Shown here: piece by piece, positions 8,548 through 18,725 of the stretch
Layout: every line of letters begins with the position of its first letter
How positions within the stretch are numbered: position 1 is the stretch's first letter
Assembly: GCA_016699205.1 (NCBI GenBank)
Contig: CP064964.1
Location: 270,001 to 302,000, forward strand
DNA: 32,000 nt
Direction of reading: 5' to 3'
Source: Candidatus Saccharimonadota bacterium
GTDB taxonomy: Bacteria > Patescibacteriota > Patescibacteriia > 2-12-FULL-60-25
The notes under the pieces: generated by a model
What the model was told of the DNA's origin: nothing
What the model saw: the letters and a program-made list of their open reading frames with translations, nothing else
The model's database searches: none
Position numbers and translations under genes: made by a program

Positions 8548-9468
8548 TTAGTGACCCGAGAGAAACCGTTCTGCATCCAACGCTGCCATACATCCGGAAC
8601 CTGCTGCCGTAATGGCTTGGCGATAGTGGGAGTCTTGGACATCGCCGCAAGCAAACAGGCCCGCGATATTAGTCTTGGACGAGCCTGGGATGGTTTTTAC
8701 GTAACCTTTCTCATCCAGATCGACTAAGCCTTTTACAAGCGCGATATTTGGCTCGTGACCGATGGCGGCGAATACGCCGTCGATTTTCATTTCACGGATT
8801 TCTCCGGAAACCGTGTCGCGGAGTTTTACGCCTGTGACTTGACCGACATCGACACCGAGAATCTCGGCGACTTCCGTGTTGAGCACGAGTTCAATCTTGG
8901 GATTTGCTTTTACACGCTCCTGCATGATTTTGGAGGCGCGGAATTCATCCCGGCGATGTGTGAGATAAACCTTGTCTGCGAAGCGCGTCAGGAACGACGC
9001 CTCTTCCATAGCGCTGTCTCCCCCGCCGACCACGATCACGTTTTTTCCTTTGAAGAAGAAGCCGTCGCAGGTGGCGCAGGCGGACACGCCTTTTCCGTAC
9101 AACCGCTTTTCATTGTCGAGTCCGAGGCGTCGGGCTGTGGCGCCGGTCGACAAAATAACCGTTTTGGCTTGATAGGTTTCTCCTTTGGAAACGACTTCGA
9201 AGCCGCCTTCGATTTGCTTGAGTGAATCGACCATGTTGGAAATAATTTCTGTGCCAAAGCGCTTGGCCTGCTTGCGCATGACGTCCATAAGCTCGGGGCC
9301 TTGGATGCCGTGCTCAAAGCCGGGGAAGTTTTCAACTTCCGTCGTGGTCATGAGCTGACCGCCTGGTTCGTGGCCTTCAAATACGAGCGGCTGCAAATCG
9401 GCGCGGGCGGCGTAGACCGCGGCCGTCCAACCGGCAGGACCGGAACCGATAATTATTACATTTCTCAT
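8548..9468 (-). CDS. trxB: Thioredoxin-disulfide reductase
   Basis: The sequence has the FAD motif IIGSGPAGWTAAVYAAR, the redox-active CATCDG, and the NADPH motif VVGGGDSAMEEA. Length (306 aa) is typical. Confidence 0.95.
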   Translation of the reverse strand: MRNVIIIGSGPAGWTAAVYAARADLQPLVFEGHEPGGQLMTTTEVENFPGFEHGIQGPELMDVMRKQAKRFGTEIISNMVDSLKQIEGGFEVVSKGETYQAKTVILSTGATARRLGLDNEKRLYGKGVSACATCDGFFFKGKNVIVVGGGDSAMEEASFLTRFADKVYLTHRRDEFRASKIMQERVKANPKIELVLNTEVAEILGVDVGQVTGVKLRDTVSGEIREMKIDGVFAAIGHEPNIALVKGLVDLDEKGYVKTIPGSSKTNIAGLFACGDVQDSHYRQAITAAGSGCMAALDAERFLSGH

Positions 9469-9477
9469 AAGTCATTT

Positions 9478-9561
9478 GTCATTGCGAGGAACGAATGTAA
9501 CGAAGCAATCTCGAGCGATGAGCGATCAAGATTGCTTCGTCGTCGGACTCCTCGCAATGAC
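9478..9561. repeat. Nested palindromic intergenic element (outer 13-bp arms, inner 11-bp arms)
   Basis: The outer arms are GTCATTGCGAGGA (9478-9490) and TCCTCGCAATGAC (9549-9561). The inner arms are ACGAAGCAATC (9500-9510) and GATTGCTTCGT (9530-9540). The element fills the trxA-trxB spacer. Confidence 0.7.
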
Positions 9562-9562
9562 A

Positions 9563-9886
9563 TTAGTTGATGTAAGGCTGGAATTTCTCGAGGAAGGCCT
9601 CCTTTGGCATCGCGCCGACGAGACGCTCGACTTCTTTTCCGTCCTTAAAAATAATTACGGTCGGAATCGAGAGGACGCGATACTCCGTCGACAAGTGCGA
9701 GTTCTCATCGACATTGAGTTTGCCGATTTTGAATTTGGACTCATCGATTTCTTGCGAGAGTTCGTCAATAATTGGACCGGTGATGCGGCAAGGCGGACAC
9801 CAGACAGCCCAGAAGTCGACGGCAACGGGAGCCGAGGAGGAAAGGACTTCTGCCTGGAAATTTGCTTCAGTGAAAACGTGGGCCAT
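9563..9886 (-). CDS. trxA: Thioredoxin with a variant WCPPC active site
   Basis: The 107-aa protein has a thioredoxin fold pattern: VDFWAVWCPPCRITGPIIDEL...IPTVIIFKDGKEV. Confidence 0.9.
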   Translation of the reverse strand: MAHVFTEANFQAEVLSSSAPVAVDFWAVWCPPCRITGPIIDELSQEIDESKFKIGKLNVDENSHLSTEYRVLSIPTVIIFKDGKEVERLVGAMPKEAFLEKFQPYIN

Positions 9887-9925
9887 AGGCTCAGATCATA
9901 AGTCCAAATCCCGTGGTCTGCAATG

Positions 9926-9958
9926 CCTAAAAACACCCCGCAATTGCGGGGTGTTTTG
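9926..9958. terminator. Intrinsic terminator hairpin downstream of infB
   Basis: ACACCCCGC / AATT / GCGGGGTGT is flanked by an A-tract and a T-tract. On the minus strand it directly follows the infB stop codon. Confidence 0.7.
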
Positions 9959-11977
9959 TTAACGGAATGACTCGACTTTGCGCGCCTTGGACTCTTCCGT
10001 GTAGGCCTCGATTCGATCGCCGACGAGGAGTTTGAGCTTGCCTTGGAACGAGAGGCCACACTCAGTACCTGCGCCGACTTCCTTCACGGCGGACTTACCG
10101 CTCTGAAGCGATTCAATCGTACCTTCTCCGATAATTTCATTGTTGCGGAACACGCGGAGCTTGGCAGCCGTAATGAGTTTGCCTTCTTTGACACGCAAAC
10201 CAACAACCATGCGAGCGGTTTCCGTAAGGAAAATCGCGGCGACCTCGGCGGAACCGAGTTCTGTCACAATCTTTTCTTGCGGCAAAAGCTTGTTCAAGCG
10301 CTCGACAATGTCATCGAACAAATCGTAAACAACTTTGTAGATCAAGACATCAACTTCTTTCTCGCGAGCCTTGTGGACGAGAGCTGGCGGAAGCATGACG
10401 TTGAAACCGTAGACGACGGACGGCTTGGAGTTTGCAGCGCGCATAATGTCGCCTTCCGTGATGTTTCCGAGACCTTTCTGAATCACATCGACGCCAACGA
10501 GTTCATGCTTCACTTTTTCCGTCATGCCGAGCAAGGCTTCAAGCGAGCCGAGCACGTCCGTCTTGAGAACGACGTTGAGCATGGTCTTTTTCTGACCTTC
10601 CTCGCCTTCAACTGGCTGCGCCTTGGTAGCCGTGAGGGATTCCACGTTCTGACGTGAAACGTTCTTGGTTTTCTTTACCTCGAGGTCACTCGCGTTTTCC
10701 GGAACTTCGAGAATATCTCCGACAGCTGGAGCTGTCTTGAATCCGAGAATTTTCACCGGCATTCCAGGCGTCGCTTCATCCATGATCTTACCGGTCCAAT
10801 CGCGCATCATGCGGACGCGGCCATAAGCAATGCCGGCGATACCGAGCGCGTCGTTACGATGAAGCGTGCCGTTCTGGATGATGGCGGTGGCGACTGGGCC
10901 TTCTCCTTTGTCGACACGGGATTCAATAATCGTTCCGGCGGCGCGTGTGTCCGGGTTGGACATGATGCGCTCCTTCTCAACCTCTGCGACGAGCAAAATC
11001 AAATCGAGAAGATCGTCGATACCGGTTCCGACTTTGGCCGAGATTTTGGCCATCGGTGTTTTTCCGCCCCATTCCTCGACAGTAACGCCGCATTCTGCCA
11101 ATTGACCAAGCACGCGGTTTGGGTCGGCGTCGGGTTTATCAATCTTGTTCAAGGCGACAACGAATGGAAGCTTGGCGGCCGTGATGATGTTGATGGCTTC
11201 TTTAGTCTGAGGCTGTACGCCGTCGTCGGCAGCAACAACAAGAATAGCGATGTCGGCAACTTTAGCGCCACGCGAACGCATAACGGTAAACGCTTCGTGA
11301 CCTGGCGTGTCGATGAAGGTCAACGGCTTACCCTTGTTCTCAACCATGTACGCACCGATGTGCTGGGTGATTCCACCAGACTCCCCTTCCATGACGTGGG
11401 TTTTGCGAATCGCGTCGAGCGTGCGTGTTTTACCGTGGTCAACGTGACCCATGACAACGACAACAGGCGGACGTTCTTTCAAATCGCCTTTTTCTTGTCC
11501 GCCCAAAATTTCCTTCAAGCGATCCTGACTTTCAACAGACGCCTGCATCTCGGCCTCGATCTTGGATTCCGGAAGCGGCTTGTAACCAAGTTCCTCGGCG
11601 ATGATGGAGGCGGTGGTGTAGTCGATGCGCTCGTTTTGGGAAGCGAGAATACCGGCTTTCATGAGCTGCTGAATAACGCGCGTGACAGGCAAGTTGAGTT
11701 TGCCGGCAAAATCGCGGACAGCCACAACGGCCGGAAGCGTGACTTCACGGTTTTCAGGAGTCGATCCATCGGCGGTGACAACGGCCTGTTGTTTGACCAG
11801 CGTGTCGCGCAAACGCTCGCGGCGGGAGTTCTCCAGCCACTTCTTGTAGATCTGATCGGCGGTGCGATCATCGATCTTGATGGCACGGGCACCGACGTCA
11901 AAACCCAGCTCCGGCATTTTTGCGAGGAGCTGCTGCGGGGTGACGCGTAAGCGGCGCGCCAGTTCAGTAACGTTCAT
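9959..11977 (-). CDS. infB: Translation initiation factor IF-2
   Basis: The G-domain motifs GHVDHGKT, DTPGHEAF and NKIDK are present. I chose the start at MNVTELARRL (ATG 11977-11975), which is typical of the IF2 N-terminal domain. The listed ORF extends to 12013, which is an alternative start. Confidence 0.95.
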   Translation of the reverse strand: MNVTELARRLRVTPQQLLAKMPELGFDVGARAIKIDDRTADQIYKKWLENSRRERLRDTLVKQQAVVTADGSTPENREVTLPAVVAVRDFAGKLNLPVTRVIQQLMKAGILASQNERIDYTTASIIAEELGYKPLPESKIEAEMQASVESQDRLKEILGGQEKGDLKERPPVVVVMGHVDHGKTRTLDAIRKTHVMEGESGGITQHIGAYMVENKGKPLTFIDTPGHEAFTVMRSRGAKVADIAILVVAADDGVQPQTKEAINIITAAKLPFVVALNKIDKPDADPNRVLGQLAECGVTVEEWGGKTPMAKISAKVGTGIDDLLDLILLVAEVEKERIMSNPDTRAAGTIIESRVDKGEGPVATAIIQNGTLHRNDALGIAGIAYGRVRMMRDWTGKIMDEATPGMPVKILGFKTAPAVGDILEVPENASDLEVKKTKNVSRQNVESLTATKAQPVEGEEGQKKTMLNVVLKTDVLGSLEALLGMTEKVKHELVGVDVIQKGLGNITEGDIMRAANSKPSVVYGFNVMLPPALVHKAREKEVDVLIYKVVYDLFDDIVERLNKLLPQEKIVTELGSAEVAAIFLTETARMVVGLRVKEGKLITAAKLRVFRNNEIIGEGTIESLQSGKSAVKEVGAGTECGLSFQGKLKLLVGDRIEAYTEESKARKVESFR

Positions 11978-12028
11978 GCGTGCGAGTTTAGGCTTTACTA
12001 AGCGGAAAGTCAAGCGTATAAACGTGTC

Positions 12029-12703
12029 ATGGACGGATTACTTCTGATCGATAAACCAGCTGGATGGACCTCGCATGACGTCGTGGCTAAGCTACGCGGG
12101 ATTTTGAAGATGCGGGCGATTGGCCACGCTGGAACGCTTGATCCCTTTGCGACAGGGCTTTTGGTGCTCGGTCTCGGAAAAGGCACAAAACGGCTGACTG
12201 CGCTGGTTGGCGTCGATAAGGAGTATTTTGCAACGATTCGATTGGGCGCGACGAGCGATACGTTTGATAAAGAAGGAGTTCTCACGCCTCACGCGACACG
12301 CGACACGCCTCATCCGACGAACGAGGAAGTCGAGAAAGCGCTCGAGAAATTTCGAGGCGGATACGATCAGCTCGCTCCCCTGCACTCAGCCAAAAAGATT
12401 GGTGGAAAAAAATTGTATGACTTGGCGCGAGCGGGAAAAGCTACGGAAGAAATGCGACCGATGAAGCATGTGAGCATAAAGCATCTGAGCATCGAGCAGT
12501 ATGCGTGGCCGGATTTGTCGATCAAAGTGAATTGCGGAAGCGGGACGTATATCCGATCGCTTGCAGATGATATTGGACGCGAGCTAGGTGTTGGCGGGTA
12601 TTGCGTCGAACTACGAAGAACAAAAGTTGGAGATTTTGACGTGAAGAATGCGGTTACGATGGAGGGCTTGAACCAGGACATTGCGGCAAAACACGTCCTC
12701 TGA
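12029..12703 (+). CDS. truB: tRNA pseudouridine(55) synthase
   Basis: The N-terminus reads GLLLIDKPAGWTSHDVV, and the catalytic-Asp motif HAGTLDPFATGLL is present. Length is 224 aa. Confidence 0.95.
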   Translation: MDGLLLIDKPAGWTSHDVVAKLRGILKMRAIGHAGTLDPFATGLLVLGLGKGTKRLTALVGVDKEYFATIRLGATSDTFDKEGVLTPHATRDTPHPTNEEVEKALEKFRGGYDQLAPLHSAKKIGGKKLYDLARAGKATEEMRPMKHVSIKHLSIEQYAWPDLSIKVNCGSGTYIRSLADDIGRELGVGGYCVELRRTKVGDFDVKNAVTMEGLNQDIAAKHVL

Positions 12704-12846
12704 TACGTTGGTCATACTGACAATTTTCTGCGCCGGAAGCGATAGATGTCGTGAAGTCGGTCAAATCATCACTTTTTAGCTAGCTTTGGAACAATTAAAG
12801 ACGATGTAGGACTGGCCACCATCCGCGCCGGCGTTTATCCCTATTT

Positions 12847-14382
12847 ATGGAAAGCGCTTTGATCGGACTCCTGTTTGCCGCGATCGGCATCGGGATTGGA
12901 ACAGCCATCGGATATTACTTGAGAGATCGGAAATCGAAGGCGAATTTGGATGAAGCATCGCGTAAAGCAGAAACGATTCTGCGCGAAGCGGAAGCCAAGC
13001 AGGCAGAAGCAATCGCCAAGACAAAAGAGAAAGCGATCAAAATTTTGGAAGAAGCGCGCTTGGAAGAAAAGCGAGCTTTTGACGAACTCATGAAACAACA
13101 GACAGCTTTTGCGGAACGTGAAACGATGTTCGGCCAGAAGATGCTTGATGTTGATAAAATGAGGCAGGATGTTGAAGCTGCACAAAAGAAACTGGAAGAG
13201 GCTCACACTCATACCGAGACCCTCAAGGCCGATGTCATGAAAAAACTTGAGGAAGTAGCATCTCTCACACAACAGCAAGCCTTGGAGCGCCTGCTTGTCA
13301 TGGCCGAGGAAGACAACAAGGAAATCTTGCTCGGACGCATTCGCAAGCTTGATGAGATGACGGCGGAGGAAATCGACAATAAGGTGAAGAATATTTTGGC
13401 GGTAGCGATACAGAAGCAAGCTTCGTCACATGTCGTCGAAACAACGACCACGCATGTTCAGCTGCCTTCCGAAGAAATGAAAGGCCGCATCATTGGTCGC
13501 GAAGGACGCAATATCAAGGCCCTCGAGCTTTTAACGGGTTGCGAACTGATTATCGATGATACGCCTGGCGCCGTAACGGTTTCCGGTTTCTCCCCTATTC
13601 GCCGTCAGGTTGCCCGCCGTGCGCTTGAGAAATTGATCACGGATGGACGTATTCATCCGGGCCGTATCGAGGAGTTTGTGGATGAAGCCAAGCGCGATCT
13701 TCAGATTGATATCCGTAAAGCAGGTGAAGACGCATTGTTTGAACTTGGCTTGCCGACGGCGACGTTGGATCCTAAGCTCGTGCAGATTCTTGGCCGATTG
13801 AAATTCCGAACGAGTTACGGCCAGAACGCATTGCTCCACTCGATGGAAGTTGCCCGACTATCTGCGATGCTTGCAGAAGAATTGAATGCAGATGTCCATG
13901 TCTGCAAGCTTGGCGGTTTACTTCACGATATCGGCAAGGCAGTTGATCACGATATGCAAGGCTCGCATCCGGAAATTGGCTATCAGATCATGCAAAAGTA
14001 CGGCTTTCCGGAAGAGATTGCGTATCAGTCGATCGGACATCATGAAGATAAGCCAAAGACGCTTGAAGCGATTATCGTCAAAGCGGCAGACGCTATTTCT
14101 GGCGCGCGACCTGGCGCTCGTAAAGACTCGCTTGAATTCTATGTGAAGCGTTTGCAGGATCTTGAGAATGTCGCCATGAGCTTTGAGGGCGTCGACAAGG
14201 TGTATGCGATTCAGGCCGGACGTGAGATTCGCGTATTCGTGAATCCAAAAGTGATCGATGATTATACAGCGACAAAGTTGGCGCGCAATATCGCTAACAA
14301 GATTGAAAGTGAACTGAAGTTTCCGGGTGAGGTGAGGGTGACGTTGATCCGAGAGACGAGAGTGGTTGAGCACGCGAAATAA
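12847..14382 (+). CDS. rny: Ribonuclease Y
   Basis: The protein has an N-terminal TM helix, a long Glu/Lys/Ala coiled-coil region, a KH motif (GRIIGREGRNIKALE) and an HD domain (GLLHDIGKA...HH). Confidence 0.95.
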   Translation: MESALIGLLFAAIGIGIGTAIGYYLRDRKSKANLDEASRKAETILREAEAKQAEAIAKTKEKAIKILEEARLEEKRAFDELMKQQTAFAERETMFGQKMLDVDKMRQDVEAAQKKLEEAHTHTETLKADVMKKLEEVASLTQQQALERLLVMAEEDNKEILLGRIRKLDEMTAEEIDNKVKNILAVAIQKQASSHVVETTTTHVQLPSEEMKGRIIGREGRNIKALELLTGCELIIDDTPGAVTVSGFSPIRRQVARRALEKLITDGRIHPGRIEEFVDEAKRDLQIDIRKAGEDALFELGLPTATLDPKLVQILGRLKFRTSYGQNALLHSMEVARLSAMLAEELNADVHVCKLGGLLHDIGKAVDHDMQGSHPEIGYQIMQKYGFPEEIAYQSIGHHEDKPKTLEAIIVKAADAISGARPGARKDSLEFYVKRLQDLENVAMSFEGVDKVYAIQAGREIRVFVNPKVIDDYTATKLARNIANKIESELKFPGEVRVTLIRETRVVEHAK

Positions 14383-14414
14383 CAAAGAGACCGCCGAAAG
14401 GCGGTCTTTGTTCT
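14383..14414 (+). terminator. Intrinsic terminator after rny
   Basis: CAAAGAGACCGCC / GAAA / GGCGGTCTTTG forms the hairpin, followed by TTCTG (a weak U-tract). Confidence 0.65.
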
Positions 14415-14419
14415 GCCCG

Positions 14420-14448
14420 TTGACGAACAGAGCAACATCTGGAATACT
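14420..14448 (+). promoter_or_regulatory. Sigma70-type promoter for the Cys-rich lipoprotein gene
   Basis: TTGACG (14420-14425), a 17-nt spacer and AATACT (14443-14448) form the promoter. A strong Shine-Dalgarno AAGGAG at 14491-14496 lies 6 nt before the ATG. Confidence 0.5.
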
Positions 14449-14502
14449 CGTCCAGCTTTACGTTCTTTTTTGCTTTAACACGACACACACAAGGAGCGAC
14501 CA

Positions 14503-14904
14503 ATGCCCCTGTTCCGTGCGCTAATCATCACGATCTCCTCCATTCTCCCCCTGACCCTGCTCGGCTGCGGCAACACACCGCCCCGAAGCTGCGCACCTGG
14601 AGAAACCCAGGAATGCTACTGCTCCGGCGGTGGGACCGGCGTCCAGACGTGCAGCTCGAGTGGGAGCGGTTGGGGCGCCTGCGTCGGCTGCTCATCCGTC
14701 GGATCGCCGGATGCGGGTAGCGGCACCATGTGTCGACCCAGCGGCGTATCTGTACTCGTCTGCGGCTGCTGGGGCTACGCTGTTGATGGACAGATCGTGT
14801 CTGCCGGCGGCTGTTGCTCTGGCTATGCCCGTCAAACGCTTTGCCCCGGAAGTCCACCTTGCCCGGCAGGCGGGTATCCTTGGGCGAACGTCTGTACACC
14901 CTAG
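14503..14904 (+). CDS. Cysteine-rich putative lipoprotein (133 aa, 15 Cys), compositionally GC-rich
   Basis: The signal peptide has a lipobox (LPLTLLGC). The mature part contains 14 further Cys and many Gly/Ser/Pro. The gene has its own promoter, a strong SD, and terminators on both sides. Overlapping ORFs (14528..14917 on the minus strand and 14630..14923 on the plus strand in another frame) are by-products of the high GC. Confidence 0.65.
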   Translation: MPLFRALIITISSILPLTLLGCGNTPPRSCAPGETQECYCSGGGTGVQTCSSSGSGWGACVGCSSVGSPDAGSGTMCRPSGVSVLVCGCWGYAVDGQIVSAGGCCSGYARQTLCPGSPPCPAGGYPWANVCTP

Positions 14905-14921
14905 CTTGCTGAAGCACTGCT

Positions 14922-14958
14922 AAAACGCGCTCCCTCTCTGGAGCGCGTTTTAATTTTT
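14922..14958. terminator. Bidirectional intrinsic terminator
   Basis: AAAACGCGCTCC / CTCTCT / GGAGCGCGTTTT lies between the convergent lipoprotein and GFA genes. Confidence 0.75.
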
Positions 14959-15313
14959 ATAGGCTTTTACCATCAAAATGATCGAGCTTCATTCCGTGGG
15001 TATCCACGCCGTCTAGACAGCGTACGTTTACGGCGACGCTCTCATTCCCCTTTCCGTCGGAACCGCGGCCGAAGGAGCGTACTCCGCAGGTTTTACAGAA
15101 AAAATGATGGATCAGCTTTTTGTTGAATTGGTAATCGGTCAGATTGGCTTCACCGCTGGTCAATTTGAACTGATCGGCTGGAACAAAGGTCAGAACCCAG
15201 CCTGTTTTTGAGCAAATCGAGCAATTGCATGTCATGGAGCTGTCGAGATCGGCATCGACCTCATAACGCACGGCTCCGCAATGACATCCTCCTGTATAGT
15301 GTTGCATGGCCAT
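14957..15313 (-). CDS. GFA (glutathione-dependent formaldehyde-activating / CENP-V) family protein
   Basis: The Cys pattern is typical of the family: GGCHCGAVRYEV...CNCSICSKTG...FCKTCGVRSF. Length is 118 aa. Confidence 0.85.
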   Translation of the reverse strand: MAMQHYTGGCHCGAVRYEVDADLDSSMTCNCSICSKTGWVLTFVPADQFKLTSGEANLTDYQFNKKLIHHFFCKTCGVRSFGRGSDGKGNESVAVNVRCLDGVDTHGMKLDHFDGKSL

Positions 15314-15458
15314 AGATATTTTTTGGCTAAAAATAGGGTTTTATTGTTAATCGGTCCTTGTGAGCCTACGCGGATTCTTGACCTTCCACAAGTCATCTGT
15401 TGCGCAACTTAGCGAAAAAATGTAATGTAGTGCCATCAATCATTAATCATTCCTACCT

Positions 15459-15794
15459 ATGAACAAGGCAGAACTCATCAACTACCTCTCGGAAAAGGTC
15501 GGTGTCACCAAAAAACAGGCTGAAGACATGGTCGAAGCGTTCGTCGATGTCGTCACATCAACCCTCAAGAGTGGTGGAGAAGTGAATATCGCCGGCTTTG
15601 GCGCTTTCATGGCCAAGACGCGCGCCGCCCGCATGGGGGTTAACCCGCAGAAGCCGACCGAGAAGATCCAGATCGGCGCTGTCACGGTTCCGAAGTTCAA
15701 GGCTGGCAAGGGCCTCAAGGATGCTCTCAAGCACGCTGGCATGGCTGCGAACGCCGCTCCTGCCGCTGCCCCGTCCGCTCCGGCCTCGATGTAA
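15459..15794 (+). CDS. hup: HU family DNA-binding protein with a short Ala/Pro-rich C-terminal tail
   Basis: The sequence MNKAELINYLSEK...VNIAGFGAFMAKTRAARMGVNPQKPTEKIQIGAVTVPKFKAGKGLKDAL shows the HU/IHF signature. The tail reads AANAAPAAAPSAPASM. Confidence 0.9.
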   Translation: MNKAELINYLSEKVGVTKKQAEDMVEAFVDVVTSTLKSGGEVNIAGFGAFMAKTRAARMGVNPQKPTEKIQIGAVTVPKFKAGKGLKDALKHAGMAANAAPAAAPSAPASM

Positions 15795-17030
<1,236 letters not shown>

Positions 17031-17038
17031 GGTCCTAA

Positions 17039-17063
17039 CAAAAAGCCTCCCGATCGGGAGGCT
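17039..17063. terminator. Palindromic hairpin, the likely native bidirectional terminator shared by hup and proS
   Basis: An A-tract is followed by AGCCTCCC GATC GGGAGGCT (17044-17063). The expected T-tract on the right is displaced by the G run, and TTTT resumes at 17099. Confidence 0.6.
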
Positions 17064-18367
<1,304 letters not shown>

Positions 18368-18423
18368 ATGATTGGCAGAATGTAGCGAAAAAGGAACGAT
18401 ACGACAAGGGCAACAGACAAAGC

Positions 18424-18449
18424 AAAAACGACCGTGAGGTCGTTTTTTC
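18424..18449. terminator. Intrinsic terminator hairpin after tRNA-Lys
   Basis: ACGACC / GTGA / GGTCGT is flanked by A5 and T6. It lies directly 3' of the tRNA on the minus strand. Confidence 0.6.
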
Positions 18450-18451
18450 TG

Positions 18452-18527
18452 TGGTGCAGCGGCTGGGAATCGAACCCAGAACCTTGGGCTTAAGAGGCCC
18501 CTGCTCTACCGATTGAGCTACCGCTGC
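18452..18527 (-). tRNA. tRNA-Lys (anticodon CUU), with encoded CCA
   Basis: I folded the cloverleaf by hand from the reverse complement. It has acceptor GCAGCGG/CCGCTGC, D arm GCTC-AATCGGTA-GAGC, anticodon loop CU-CUU-AA, T arm CTGGG-TTCGATT-CCCAG, and discriminator A plus CCA. Length is 76 nt. Confidence 0.95.
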
Positions 18528-18547
18528 GTACGGTAAAATGTGCCGAG

Positions 18548-18575
18548 ATAATACCAGTTCTTTCTGGTTTGTCAA
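18548..18575 (-). promoter_or_regulatory. Sigma70-type promoter for tRNA-Lys
   Basis: On the minus strand TTGACA (18575-18570), a 16-nt spacer and TATTAT (18553-18548) form the promoter. The tRNA 5' end lies about 20 nt downstream of the -10 element. Confidence 0.5.
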
Positions 18576-18607
18576 AGGGATTGAGCTAAGCTACGCTCCT
18601 TCCGCTC

Positions 18608-18684
18608 GCGCCCCTAGCTCAGCTGGATAGAGCGCTTCCCTCCGAAGGAAGAGGTCAGACGTTCGAATCGTCTGGGGCGCACCA
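18608..18684 (+). tRNA. tRNA-Arg (anticodon CCG), with encoded CCA
   Basis: The cloverleaf has acceptor GCGCCCC/GGGGCGC, D arm GCTC-AGCTGGATA-GAGC, anticodon stem CTTCC/GGAAG with loop CT-CCG-AA, T arm AGACG-TTCGAAT-CGTCT, and ACCA. Length is 77 nt. Confidence 0.95.
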
Positions 18685-18687
18685 TAT

Positions 18688-18714
18688 AAAAACTCCCCTA
18701 AGCGGGGAGTTTTT
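18688..18714. terminator. Bidirectional intrinsic terminator
   Basis: The sequence AAAAACTCCCC TAAGC GGGGAGTTTTT lies between tRNA-Arg (+) and the convergent 261-aa gene (-). Confidence 0.75.
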
Positions 18715-18725
18715 ATATGAGCCGA

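Noticed and set aside
10859-11950. Long antisense ORFs inside conserved genes, for example 10859..11950 (+) within infB, 12841..13419 (-) within rny, 24461..25090 (-), 27230..27742 (-) and 28594..29244 (-)
   Set aside because: Each lies opposite a gene with unambiguous conserved motifs. Their translations are Arg/Ser/Gly-rich without domain features, which is typical of antisense open frames.
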